DNA of 64,000 nucleotides. It comes from Azolla caroliniana. Taxonomy: Eukaryota; Plantae; Polypodiophyta. The stretch spans positions 11,346,001 through 11,410,000 of the forward strand of contig JBHGNT010000014.1 of assembly GCA_043228905.1 (NCBI GenBank), written 5' to 3'. Within the stretch, counting starts at the first letter, position 1; each line of letters opens with the position of its first letter. The position numbers were made by a program, and so were the translations under genes. The notes under the pieces were generated by a model, which made no database searches, was not told the origin of the DNA, and saw nothing but the letters and a program-made list of their open reading frames with translations. Below are positions 1 to 12,200 of the stretch, piece after piece.

Positions 1-428
1 TTTTAAATGACCAAAAAAGATAATGTCAAAATGTGTTTCTTAATTACCAACAATAGCAACAAATTTGTTTAATAAAACTTGATGAAACCTATTGGTAAAC
101 CACCAATGTAGAGGGTCTATGGTAGTCTTGGCCTGTGGAAGCTTCACGAAATATTCAATTTCAGACCGGACTGATGATTCATGAGATTTCTCATTGTTGA
201 TACACCAAAACTCCATATATTCAAATTGAGATCCTTCACATGCATCATTGGATGGAGAATCTTTGACATTAGGATCATGATATTCTGTTGTTAAAACAAT
301 TTGCACCAACTCTACATCGAGGTCTCTCTCAATTGGATTTGCTGGTTTTGGAACTCTACATCCAAACATAAGACATTATTAGTAAGAAAAAAAGATTAAA
401 AAAGGGAAATTTTCAATTAAAAAACATT

Positions 429-3400
429 AACACCGGGTCATTTGAAATAGGTAATATGTCGCATTCTCTTTAACATATCTTAGTGAGATGTTAAAAAATG
501 CCTTATTTAAGCAGAATTTCAACAAGGCACGACGCATGTGTATGCGGTTTATGAAAACATAGCGAAAAAAAGAACTAACTAATATCACGTCAACAAAATC
601 ATCCGACGTATATTCTATCTACCATGTTTTTGTCCAAATCTTAGACAGGGGTGTATTTGTCAACACAAGTATAATAGTAACACGGGTCCTTGTGCATATT
701 CTAAAAAGCATGCCCCATTGAATAAGTGACTTCTTCTAATTATGTGTGTATATTTAAATATAATACATCTTAAAGAAAATTGTGAACCTTGCAATTATTG
801 ACACGTGATACATGACACTGTCAATGTATAAATAAACTAGTCTACAATAACATTCCAATCATACGAGTAAATGATAGAGTATAAACTTATCTCCGATATA
901 CCCCAAATGATAAAGGAGAGTTTAGATAACATGTACACATACAAGTATACTTAATTTCTAAGTTCAATGATTGTTACACGAAAATTATAAGTAAGCTCAA
1001 CTTATATATTACGTCAAAATTTAACAATTCATATTGTTCAAAATTTACAATAAGCCATAACCATTCAATCGAATAATAAGTCTGGTAAAGCCGTCTACTC
1101 AGGATTAGCTCTTTCATTCGGATTGTCCTCATTGGCTTCGTCAGTACGCTAAGTTGAATTGTTAGTATGTTCAGACTCTGAAACGTCTTCTAATTCAACA
1201 AGTTGCCCTGTGTCTTCATCTATAGTTCCACAAGTTTTCTAAAAGTCATCTGGAACATCTAAGTTTTATTGATATGCTTTGCCCCAACTTCTTGGTCTTG
1301 ATCAGGACAACCCCAGATACCTTGGATCCTCATTTTGATGACATTAACTTGCTCAAGGTCCTTCTCTAATGCAACAGAGTTCTTGATAATCTTTAAGGCG
1401 TATGTTTTAGTAGTACATGATAGTAGAATGAAATTGCACAGGTAACATCAAACTGAAGAATAGAATATAACGTTAATCTAAATTGATGTAAGTTTTATAT
1501 TATATACCTGTGTCAGAAAACTAATCTAAAACCCATTGAAATTTTGAAACAATAAAATTTGAAAAAATAAAAAATCTTGGATTTTTAATTGGAATCGAAT
1601 GCGATGCACTAGATTTCAGTTGAAAATCCAAGTTTGTTTTTTTTTTTTGTAATTTTTAAAATTTTTTCCATTAAAAAATAAAAAATGGATTTTCAGTTAA
1701 AATACTATGCACTACATTATATTTTAGTATATATAGCTAGAATCTAATGCAATGCGTTGGATTAGAGTCGAAAATCCATTTTTCTTTTTTCTTTTTCCAA
1801 TGTTATTTATTTATTTATTTTCCATATAAAAAAATAATAAACGACTTTTCAACTGAAATCCGATACACTACATCAGATCGTAGTCAATACAGCTAGACAT
1901 TGATGCATTGCATCAGATTTTAGCTGGCAATCCTCTTTCTTTTCAATTGTTTTTCATTTTTTCAAAAAATAAATAAAAATATATTAAAAAAGTGGATTTC
2001 CAACTGAAATCTAATGCACTACATCGAATTTCAATTAAAAATCCAAATTTCTTTTAGGTTTTTCATAAAACAATGAGATAATAAAAAAATATTACATTTT
2101 CAACAAAATCTGAACCATTGAGTCGGATTTCAATTGCAAATTAATGTTTTATGAAATAACATAAGAAAAATATTGGACTTTCAACGGAAATCCGATGCAC
2201 TGCATCGGATTTCTGTTGAAACTCAGTGATTTTGAATGGAAATCCGATGCAGTGCATCGGATTTCCATTGAAAATCCTGTTGAAAATGATCTGTTTTCAA
2301 CGGGAATCCGTTGCACTGCATCGGATTCCCGTTGAAAACACATCATTTTAAATGGAGAAAATCACAATTTGTTTATTTTTAACACTTTTTTAGAGAAAAA
2401 TATAAACAAATAAGAAAATTTGTAAACAAACAAGAAAAAGTGGACTTTCAATGGAAATCCGATGCAGTGCATCGGATTTCCGTTGAAAATCCATTTTTTT
2501 TCAATTCCTATATATTTATTTATGATAAAAACAAAAACAATTCAAAACAAATACAAAAACAAATTCAAAATATCTGAAAAATTGGAAACAAATAAGACAA
2601 AATGGATTTTCAATAGAAAATCGATGTAGTGCATCGGATTTCTGTTGAAAACCCATTTTTTGCAATTTTTATTTATTTATTTATGGGAAAAAATGAAAAC
2701 AAATTTAAAAAATACAAAAAAATATTTTAAAATATGAAAATTTGGTAACAAATAGCAAAAAGTGGACTTTCAATAGAAATCCGATGCAATGCATCGGATT
2801 TCCTTTGAAAATTCATTTTTTCAATTTCTATATAGTTATTTATGAGAAAATAGACAAACAAAATACCAAAAAAATTCTAAAAAATATGAAAATTTGGATT
2901 GAAAATCTATTTTTTCAATATTTATTTATTTTTTATAGAAAAAATTCAAAAAAATTCAAAAGAAAAAGCAAATTTGGAAAAAAAATACGTAAAAGTGGAC
3001 TTTCAACCAAAATCCAATGCAGTGCATCGGATTTCCGTTGAAAATCCATTTTTTCAATTTTTATTTATTTTTTTATGGGAAAAATTCAAAAAAAAAAGCA
3101 AATTTGGAAAAACATACATAAAAGTAGACTTTCAACCAAAATCCGATGCAGTGCATTGGATTTCCGTTGAAAATCCATTTTTTCAATTTTTATTTATTTT
3201 TTTATGGGAAAAATAAAAACAAATTCAAAAAAAATTCAAAAAATAAGAAAATTTTCAAAAAAATAAGAGAAATTGGATTTTCAATTGAATCCGATGCACG
3301 GAATTGGATTTCCATTGAAATCTAATTTTTCAATTTTTATTTATTTATTTACGAGTAAAATAAAAAATGTTTATTTATTTATTTATGGGAAAATGTTTTA

Positions 3401-4405
3401 TTTTTTCAATTTGTATTTATTTATGTATTTTCGGGAAATCCATGCAATGTATCATATTTTAGTCTATGTAGCTAGAATTCAATGCAGTGCATTAAAATGC
3501 AAGAGTATTTTTTTAATGGAAATTTTTAAAAAAATTCCAAGACTTACAGGAATCTGATGCATTATATCCAATTCTAGATGTATAGAGTAAAATTCGACAT
3601 GTTGCGTCAAATCTAGATGGAATGAATCGGATTTCTGTACGACATCAAAGGCTTACTATGAGAATCTAAGAAAAATGGAAAACATCTTTAAGACATTTTT
3701 TAGATTCTAATGATTTTGGTAGAAAGCTTCTCTCACATAATCTAATCTTGTAAATGGAAAGTACATAATGAAATATCATAACCAAAAAGTGAGGAGGAAA
3801 GATGCATCAAGCACATCTACTCTTACATTGGATAATGTTTATATATTAGTGTATGACTTATCTTTGACCAAAACAAGTTATCTGTGATAGACCACAATGA
3901 AGATACTAAAAGAGGATCTGGAATGTGGCTTTAGACACAACACAAAGACAAACAAGAAGCATGACTCATAAACTCGATGAGGTTGGATTGCAATTGGATC
4001 AACACAATGCATTAGTTGCCATTGATGATGAGGATGAGACCTCATAAACTCGTACTAGTTCATCTAATGGGTATGAAGATGATGACATAAACTTGAAAAA
4101 TGATTGTCCTGATACGTTAACTATAAATATTGTATTGCACATCAAGATTTGGATTCAGAATTTCTATAAATATTGGGGTAAGTCATTTTGGACATTCATT
4201 TGTAAGTTTGGCATGTCCATTATTTAGGCATTTTTTTGAACACCTAAATTTCCGTACATGTTAAAAATCGATATATTTTTGGGTCATTTTTAAAATTCCT
4301 TTACGCATGCGGCACCCCTTTTTGTGAATCACCCTAATTTGTGTCATTTTTTGATGGACAGTTCTCAAAATGCGACATATTACCTGTTTCAAATGTCCCG
4401 GTGTT
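429..4405. mobile_element. ~4 kb non-autonomous TIR element inserted into the hAT transposase gene; superfamily unresolved
   Basis: ~37 bp TIRs: AACACCGGGTCATTTGAAATAGGTAATATGTCGCATT at 429 and its reverse complement ending at 4405, with 2 mismatches. Flanked by direct repeat CATT (425-428 and 4406-4409). Confidence 0.85.
1578..3620. repeat. Array of about 20 palindromic ~45-55 bp units (consensus TTTCAACGGAAATCCGATGCA-S-TGCATCGGATTTCCGTTGAAA) separated by T-rich/A-rich spacers
   Basis: Clear copies at about 2174, 2230, 2292, 2441, 2603, 2762, 2995, 3124 and 3273. Degenerate copies toward 1578-2140 and 3430-3620. Confidence 0.9.
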
Positions 4406-4906
4406 CATTACTAAGGGTCAAGAAACATTGTGATTCGAGATGGAACAGATTTCAAGGATTCTTGGTACTTGATTAGATATTGTAGGCATTTGGTACTAGC
4501 CTCATGTTGCACTTGAAGAGTAATCTTCTCAAAGGGTGAATCAACGGAGTTCATATCCATAATATATATACTTATTACAATGTGATAATAAGTGGTTGAA
4601 TGCAAGCACTACTAGTGAGAGGGTAGGGTACTTTGTCCCACTCAAGTAATTACAAATTTTAGCAGTCACAAGCAACCATTGTTCCATACTTTGTGTATGA
4701 TTCCAATCTTCTATGGAGAGCGTATGGTCAACAAACTCATTAGCAATGGCCTTGTCACTTGTGGTACAAATCAAGACATCTCTTAACTTTAGGGATTGTT
4801 GATACATAATTAGAGTTGATTTCCATTTAGTAATGCAATCTAGACACGGTGGTTCTTGTTCCCCATTCTCATGCATGAAATATTTTTTAAATATAGCTCT
4901 ACTCAC

Positions 4907-5735
4907 CAAGGTTGTTAGGTACGGTACAGATACCATACGTATTTAACGTATTAATACCCGTATAGTACCTCTCAATTTAAAAATACGTTAAATACGTTTT
5001 CTTAATATGTTAAATACTTATAAAATATGTAAAATATGTAAAATATGTATTTTACATATAGTACGTTAAATACTTCTAGAATTTGAAAATTATTTACCTT
5101 TCAAAAAAATATCTATAATATTGTAAAAAACATCTATGATGACACAATTTTGTGATGTACAATATAGTTCTACATCCTAAAATGCATATAAGACATTTGA
5201 ACATTTCACATCCTAAAATACTTGTAGTAATATGATGTCGACATTCCCTTATTCTATAAATTAGTGTAAGTGTGTATCACGATGTTCTACTTCAAATTGT
5301 AATTATTTACAATTATGCCTTCATAGATTGAGGAATCGTCTACGATTATCACGCTTATGATAGGTTTCTCTTTTCTTCGTTTTCTTCTTCTTCTTCTTCT
5401 ATCTTCTATGATTATCACACTCAAGACAGGTTTATGTCTTCTTTTCTCTCTTCTTCTTCTTCTTCTTCATCGTCATCTCTTTTATTCTTCTTCCTTCCTT
5501 CCTTTGGCTTCTTTTTCACTAAAATCTTTTTTTTCTTTTGCTTTTTGTTAGGGTTTTACTTACATTTTCTTTATAAATACGTATTAGACCTGTTTTTTTA
5601 TAAATACGTTAAATACCGTATTGGACAAACGTACATGATATTTGACTAAACAACATTGAGGTATAGTATGTACTATACAAATGATGAGGTACTATACGTA
5701 TTTAAACGTTAAATATGAGTACGTAAACAACCATG
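4907..5735. mobile_element. Non-autonomous hAT element (MITE-like) nested in the hAT transposase
   Basis: Imperfect TIR CAAGGTTGTT / AACAACCATG and a perfect 8 bp TSD CTACTCAC (4899-4906, 5736-5743). Subterminal TACGT repeats and an internal (CTT)n tract. Confidence 0.9.
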
Positions 5736-7170
5736 CTACTCACTTTACTTGTACGTATAGAATGTAATGTCTTCCTTAACTTTATAGTAGAAGGAGTAAT
5801 AGCTTCTAATGCAGACTTTACACCAAGTTGTTAGGTATGCACCATGCATCTTAACATATGTGATGATTGTAAAATGTATTGTCCATGATGATTAAGTAAT
5901 AACTGAGCCAATTCTTTTGATGCAACTAGAGATTCACCAGCACCATCAGAAGTTGTAGATAGAATACATGAAGAGATACTAAATGACTTTAGATGCGAGA
6001 ATAAAGCTTTTTCGACACGTTTTCCTACCCCATCTCCCGAAAAGACATCTAGAAAGTCTAAGAGCACACTAGTCGGCTTACTAGACTCCAAAGAGACCCA
6101 ATGTAATGTCACGGGATAAAATCCTTTCAAACTATTATTTGTCCACCCATCATAAGTTATATAGCATATTGAAAACTTTGTGAGGACAAATAACTAAGAA
6201 CTAAATGATGAAGAACAACATACATTCGTAACACTAATCGTTTAAGTGTACGAGCTGATTTAAGTTGATAATTGGGCAAGACATCATGCATTAATCTTTT
6301 AAAACTAGAAGACTCAATATGTGCATGAGGTAACATTGGTGAAACTATATATCTAACAATTGTACTATCAATTTTCTTCTCTTGAGGATGAGATACAACT
6401 AATGTAGATGTAGATGCATCTATTTGAGTTTGGACAAGAATACTGCGAGAAGCTTGAGGTTGTGATGTGCTATTAATATTATGCTTATCTAATAAATGCT
6501 TGGCAATAGAACTTGTAGATGTAGAGTTTGACCATAACAAGTGACAATAAGCACACCGACGTTTAGATGCATCTCCCTCCTTGATGGTGACCATGAGCTT
6601 GTTTTTCTTGCTCTTGATTTGATCGTAAGGACGGATACTGATGTTGCGTCTGTGGGTGAAGATAAAAGAGTTGTCGCTTGACTATTTTCCATGTTTATGT
6701 ATGTACCTATACATAAATTTAAAAACATAGAATAATCAATAAAAACAAGACAAAAAAATTTTGAACAATAAATGAATTTGGGTGCTTGAGATTGTGAAAT
6801 GGATTCAAATATAGGGACTTGACGATTCATTGGAGCTTTCAGGTCATTCTATGAAGTATGTGATCATTGAGGATAGTATAATCCCCGTTCCAGGAATGAG
6901 TACAAGATGATATGTTCATATGGGCCTGGCATGGGCCATACGTTAAAATACACATTCTGGTGGATGATGGAAAATATTTTTTATTCTCCACTCTCTCATA
7001 TATACTATCAACATGAATGTATTTATGGATGTGTATTGATCGCCCACAAGCAATTCGTCAAACTCAATCCATGGTTCAATTACTAATCCTAAAAAACAAT
7101 TCAAATTAATTAATAATCCTCAAACTCAATCCATGGTTCAGTTACACACAACAACATAAACGACAAAACA

Positions 7171-7461
7171 TTCAACAACATAAATGACATCTTGGTTTGA
7201 TGACAAAAGAAGCATTTGGCCACATCAAATGCATATATATCAGTGCCTTAAAAACTATATATATGCAAGCACAATTATGTAAATTCTGATTCGTGCACAA
7301 CAAAAGCCTCAAGAGTCAACATCAAGTATGTTAGCAATTTCAACAACATAAATGACATCTTGGTTTGATGACAAAAGAAGCATTTGGCCACATCAAATGC
7401 ATATATATCAGTGCCTTAAAAACTATATATATGCAAGCACAATTATGTAAATTCTGATTCG
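7171..7461. repeat. Direct duplication of ~123 bp (7171-7293 and 7339-7461)
   Basis: TTCAACAACATAAATGACATC...AAATTCTGATTCG occurs twice and appears identical. Confidence 0.9.
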
Positions 7462-9032
7462 GTAATAGGTATGTTGCGGTCCGCCGGTACTTGGTAGACT
7501 GTAGAAGGCTTTAGGTTGAAGCCTGAAGGCGTGCACTGCGCACTGGTGTAGGTTGCAGGTTGCATGAGGTCCTTGCTCGTCGCGTGCAATCTCCCTCTTG
7601 AGCCCCTCTCTCTCTCTCTAATGTTTGTGACTAAACACTAAAGGCAGTGAACAAACGACTCTCTGCTTCAACCTTCTAAGTTCTAACTGTAGTGTAACTT
7701 AAAATTTTTAATTGTTTTAACTTTTTAACATGCATGAATGACCTAAATTTAATAATCAGCTTAATTGGTTTGAGTTGGTTTGGCATGGCTCAAGCCGAAT
7801 CGAGTCGAGCTCAAACCGTTAAACCAAGCTCAAGCCTAAGCTGAACCACACCGAGCCGCTAAATCGCCAAATTGGTCTAAACCGATTTAGGCTTCAGCTG
7901 AGCCGTTGCCGATTCCTACTTTTCACACAAGGAAAGAAGAAATTGCAATGTTTTTTATTGGTTATATGTGCACATCTCTATCCCTCTAATTAGTTTTTTA
8001 GATTGTCATGGTCCCAACATGGATAAGCAATAAAATCTTAAATTTGGAAGTTTTTCTTTAAGACACAAAAGGGGTGGGACGAAAAATGCTTCTCAATAGA
8101 TCATGGTAAAAAAAGCGCATTCCATACAAATGTGCAAGCCATCTATTGATTAGTCTAACTAGGGTTACATATCCCACATGTTATGATTACGTGTTAACCT
8201 TTGTCTAATGTGATATAATAATCCTGTAGGGATATTTGTTAATCAATGGTGCATTAACACAACTAAAGTAATGAAAGCAAGATAACACAAGGAAGGTCTA
8301 TTTGACTCCCTGATTTCTAAAGTACATGTGTTATTTTAACATGCAAATGCCTTATATTCACCATAGAAGAAAGAGCTAAACACTTGCCATCAACTAGGGA
8401 GATTTCATGCTTAGACCACGAAGAAGAAAGAATACTAAATAGTTCACATTATCCTCATTTATATTGATTTAATCACAAGTCTTTGTCTAGATTATAACAT
8501 CTAGACCACAAAAGATAGAATGGTGGGTAATGGTCCACCTAGGTAATGGGAATATAACACATTTAATTGCACCCTTGATCGTTGTATAATTATGTACGTG
8601 AACGTAACACATACCTTCCACGCTTTTCATGACCATCAACATTGGCTTTTATCCATGAACTAAAGCTCGTTTTCTTGGCCATACCACATGTTTATTGTAA
8701 ACGTCAACATTGGCTTCAGTCTCAACAATCCCGTTCATTTCCGTGCTCTTTACCCTGCATTTTTCTGGCAACCGAACGATTACATGACATATCCGCATGG
8801 ATTCATGACCATGCAGCTCGAGGATCAATCTCTTTGTGGAAGACATTGGAGTGGCAACATGTGTACATTGATATCGCGGCTTTCTATCGATGCCAAAAGG
8901 CAGGCATTTTTCTCTTGCTTATTACTATCAGGGTTTGGTTGCTCAGGGCCGACGAACACATCATGGGCAAGAAAGAAAGAAAGAAAGAAAGAAAGAAGCT
9001 CTGTTGGGGCGCGCCATTGTTTTCACGGCCCA

Positions 9033-9180
9033 CCAATGAGTTTGAGCCACCGCACGAGCAATCGCGGGTTTTCCGCGCCTGTACCGAGAGACCATGGGTG
9101 TGATGACCAATGAGATTGTGCCACGTAAGCATAGATGGGTTGGCCGTCCAATGGGAGCGGAGGAAGAGCTGGCCACGTGT
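9033..9180 (+). promoter_or_regulatory. Proximal SPP promoter: three CCAAT boxes, two paired with CCAC(G/C) at 9 bp spacing, plus a G-box/ABRE
   Basis: CCAAT-N9-CCACC (9033-9051), CCAAT-N9-CCACG (9107-9125), CCAAT at 9148 and CACGTG at 9174-9179, followed by a (CT)n leader tract before the ATG. Confidence 0.5.
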
Positions 9181-9222
9181 CACGACACGGTCAAAACATT
9201 TATCTTTGCCCAACCCTAATAG

Positions 9223-9265
<43 letters not shown>

Positions 9266-9292
9266 CTGTCTGTGCCTGCAGCAGCAGCAGCT

Positions 9293-12200
9293 ATGGCGAA
9301 GCTTGCCTCCTTCTGTGGTCCTCTCTCCTCACTCAGCAGCAGCAGAGCAAAAGACGAACACGCGCCCTCCCCCTCTTCTGTAGTCAGTTTCCATTTCCCT
9401 TCTGGATCAGCTCGCTTCAGCACAGAGAAGGATCGATGCAGGAAATCCAATCGTCGGTTAGTATACTCGTGTATAGATGGAGAGATTGATAATCAAATAA
9501 TCGACAATCCTTCTAAATTACTTTTTCCAACTGAAGCTATTCTTTCCTTTCTCCTTGACTTTTTTGCTGTCCAAATTTGAGCTGTCATGCGGGTATATTG
9601 AAACTCTGATGATGATAGTGAAAATAAAGATGTTTTGGTGCTAAATTCACGTACTCTTAACCCCAACTATATGAATGCCAATGAAAGGAAGCTCAAAGAA
9701 GGGCAGTATGCAGGAAATCAACTGTCTTTTGTGGACATCTAGGATATTTCACACACTCTTTGCATAAAACTGGAACTCAAAGAGCGAGAGCACATGCTTG
9801 AAAGATGCTAGACTTGCACTAACCATGTGGCCTAGGCATTATGTTCGAATACAGAGGTGAAAGAGCAAATAAACACTTTCTTTAAAGAACGTAGACATGC
9901 TACCATTATGTATGAATATCAAGTATTATTCACACACTCTTAACATGCAGAATGGGATTGTCCGCCCTAGGTAAAGATCTTATCTATGAAAAATTCAAAC
10001 CAAACGAACTTGTCACTGCATCAGTGCACAAGAAGCTAGACATGAAACCCAATGGTTATCTATTAAAACAAAGATGAGAGCGGAACTTCTCTAAAAAACC
10101 TAGAGACGAAACAAACTTACCTAGAAACTATCTATGAACATCAAGGATAATTTGCACACTTCAACATGAACAAGAGAATCACCGCTTCTTGAAGCTACCT
10201 TTTGCTCTTTATATCAATGTCCCCTTTGCTCGTTCTCTATACACTCTTGGGCACTATTTTCTTCTGTGCTAGACACTATATCCATAGAAATTCAACCTTT
10301 TCTAACTTGATTTCAAGAAATAGTAATATTTCTATGCATCTCGCAAATGCCCAAATTATAGGATTATTAAGAGAAGCAGCAGAGTGTTGAAGGTTAATGT
10401 TATTATAAAATAACCTGAAAGCTCAGTATCAAGGAGAAAAGAAAAGAAATATGGATGCACATTGGTGAGAAATACTTGTCCTACAAGAAACTATTTTGTA
10501 TTATGCACTCCCTGTTGAATTTGATCACAGATCATGTTGCTTAATAAATTATGACCAAATGGTTAAATATCTTCTAAAGTTGCAAATAGGTACATATACA
10601 TGAAGACACATCATATTTATCTCTTACAATCAATGGAAAAAAAAGTACTGAAGGAAAAGCAATTCAAGTCAAAATTCATTGAAATCATTCATTCATGATT
10701 AAATTAACATGTAAGACTATCAACTACTTTATATTTAAATGGATAGATGTGTACAAACTTGACACCTACGAGTTATTGGGATGCAAGAGTAATTGCAGAC
10801 CTATAAACGAAGAAGGTAAATCGTCACTTGTTGCCACATAATAGTCCCTATCTTTAGAGATCTAAATAATTAAAAAAACTATCTTGAAAGGAGAAGGAAA
10901 AGATCAAACAGATTTATGTGCAAGGCCAAGACATATGAAAATTACCTGGTGGAGCAGATACATCCACTATGGATATTAAAGATTCCAAATATCTCTAGGA
11001 AGACTTTGAATGCCTTAATATTTATTATTGCAAATGAATCTGCCGATTGTATTAGCTATTGCCCTTCGTATGTGATCTTCACTTATATATCTAATGACAC
11101 TTCTTATATAATTTGTTCAGAATGCACTGTAAAGTTGATTCATCCCTGGTTAGAAAGTCTGTGAATCATTGGAAAGATGGAAGATTGGATGGCTCAGTGG
11201 GACAGAAAGACAGATGTAAACATAAGGTGGTTGCTGGTCAACAAAGCTTAATTCTATACAAACACTTTAAAGATAGTCCTGAAACAAGCTTTTGGAGAGG
11301 AAATACAACATTAAGGAGCTCTATTCGTTCCTGTCCATGGCACATATGTCAGGTGATTTTGTGTATCTATAGAAAAAGGTTGTATAACATGATTTTTGGA
11401 TAAGTAATAGTGTATGATGTTAGTGAAAACATGAAATAAAACAGCACAAAATTATCAATCATTAATGGAAATTTGAAATTTTACTGGAAAATCCTGTATA
11501 TGAGGACTTGTGATTTCAGAGTCATTTTTTTTCAAGATTAGAATTAATTTTCTTCTTGCTTCACTTTTTAACTGCTGTTTTGAATGCAATCCATTCATTA
11601 TTAAGGTTTTGATGTTGAAACTCACATTTCAACAGACGAAATCCAAACCAATGAGAACTGTGGCATCAGCTGGTAGCAATCAGCCCCATGCAGCTGCTAG
11701 TTCTATTGCTTTACCAGGAGAATCTCTAGAGAATATGGACACGAGTAATATGCAGAAACTTATTGGCAAGGATGACATGGAGAACATACTATTATCAAGA
11801 TTACCATCACATCCCAAAATCCATAGAGGCCAACTTAAAAATGGGCTTCGGTTTGTTGTTCTTCCCAACAAGGTTCCATTAAACAGGTTTGTTGGAGCTA
11901 CGTTATTGATTAATAAAGAGTTACAAAGAATAAGTTTCTAAAATTGATGAGCTATTCGGAATCTGCATTCTACTGCAGTAAAGTGTTCGTTGGAATGTAC
12001 ATGTTGATAGTCTGGTTTGATGCCATTAGAATATTACTTTAAATGTTTATACCTTATATGTTGTTTTTGTTCCTATGTACAGACTTTAGACATCATTAAA
12101 AACCTAGAAAAACTTGAATTAGCTGTCTAACTTTATTCTATCTTTAACTAAGTAAATTTCAGCTGATTGACTCTGAATTTTGAAGGTAAATGTATTCGTA

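Larger units (their letters stand above)
40..7918 (-). mobile_element. Degenerate hAT-family DNA transposon (BED finger + DDE core + dimerisation domain), interrupted by two nested insertions; other terminus probably outside the window
   Basis: Collinear minus-strand fragments: BED zinc finger RRCAYCHLLW...IAKHLLDKH (6157-6594); core YPVTLHWV...LLDF...TTSDGAG (5831-6130); TKWKST...LSIEDW...KYPTLS (4541-4900); MFLDP (4411); dimerisation-like EIEYF...DPLHWW (40-369). The terminus reads TAGGAATCGGCAA on the minus strand at 7918, next to subterminal AGCCG/AACCG repeats (7760-7910). Confidence 0.85.

Noticed and set aside
2149-3557. ORFs with repeated FNRNPMQCIGFPLK peptide
   Set aside because: Translations of the palindromic DNA repeat; the same peptide appears on both strands.
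1578-3620. CRISPR array interpretation of the palindrome-spacer array
   Set aside because: Eukaryotic context with no cas genes. Spacers vary widely in length, are low-complexity and resemble one another, so they are not unique acquired sequences.
8642-9290. Several overlapping ORFs upstream of SPP
   Set aside because: No recognisable domains; they run through promoter and (AAAG)n/(CT)n microsatellite sequence.
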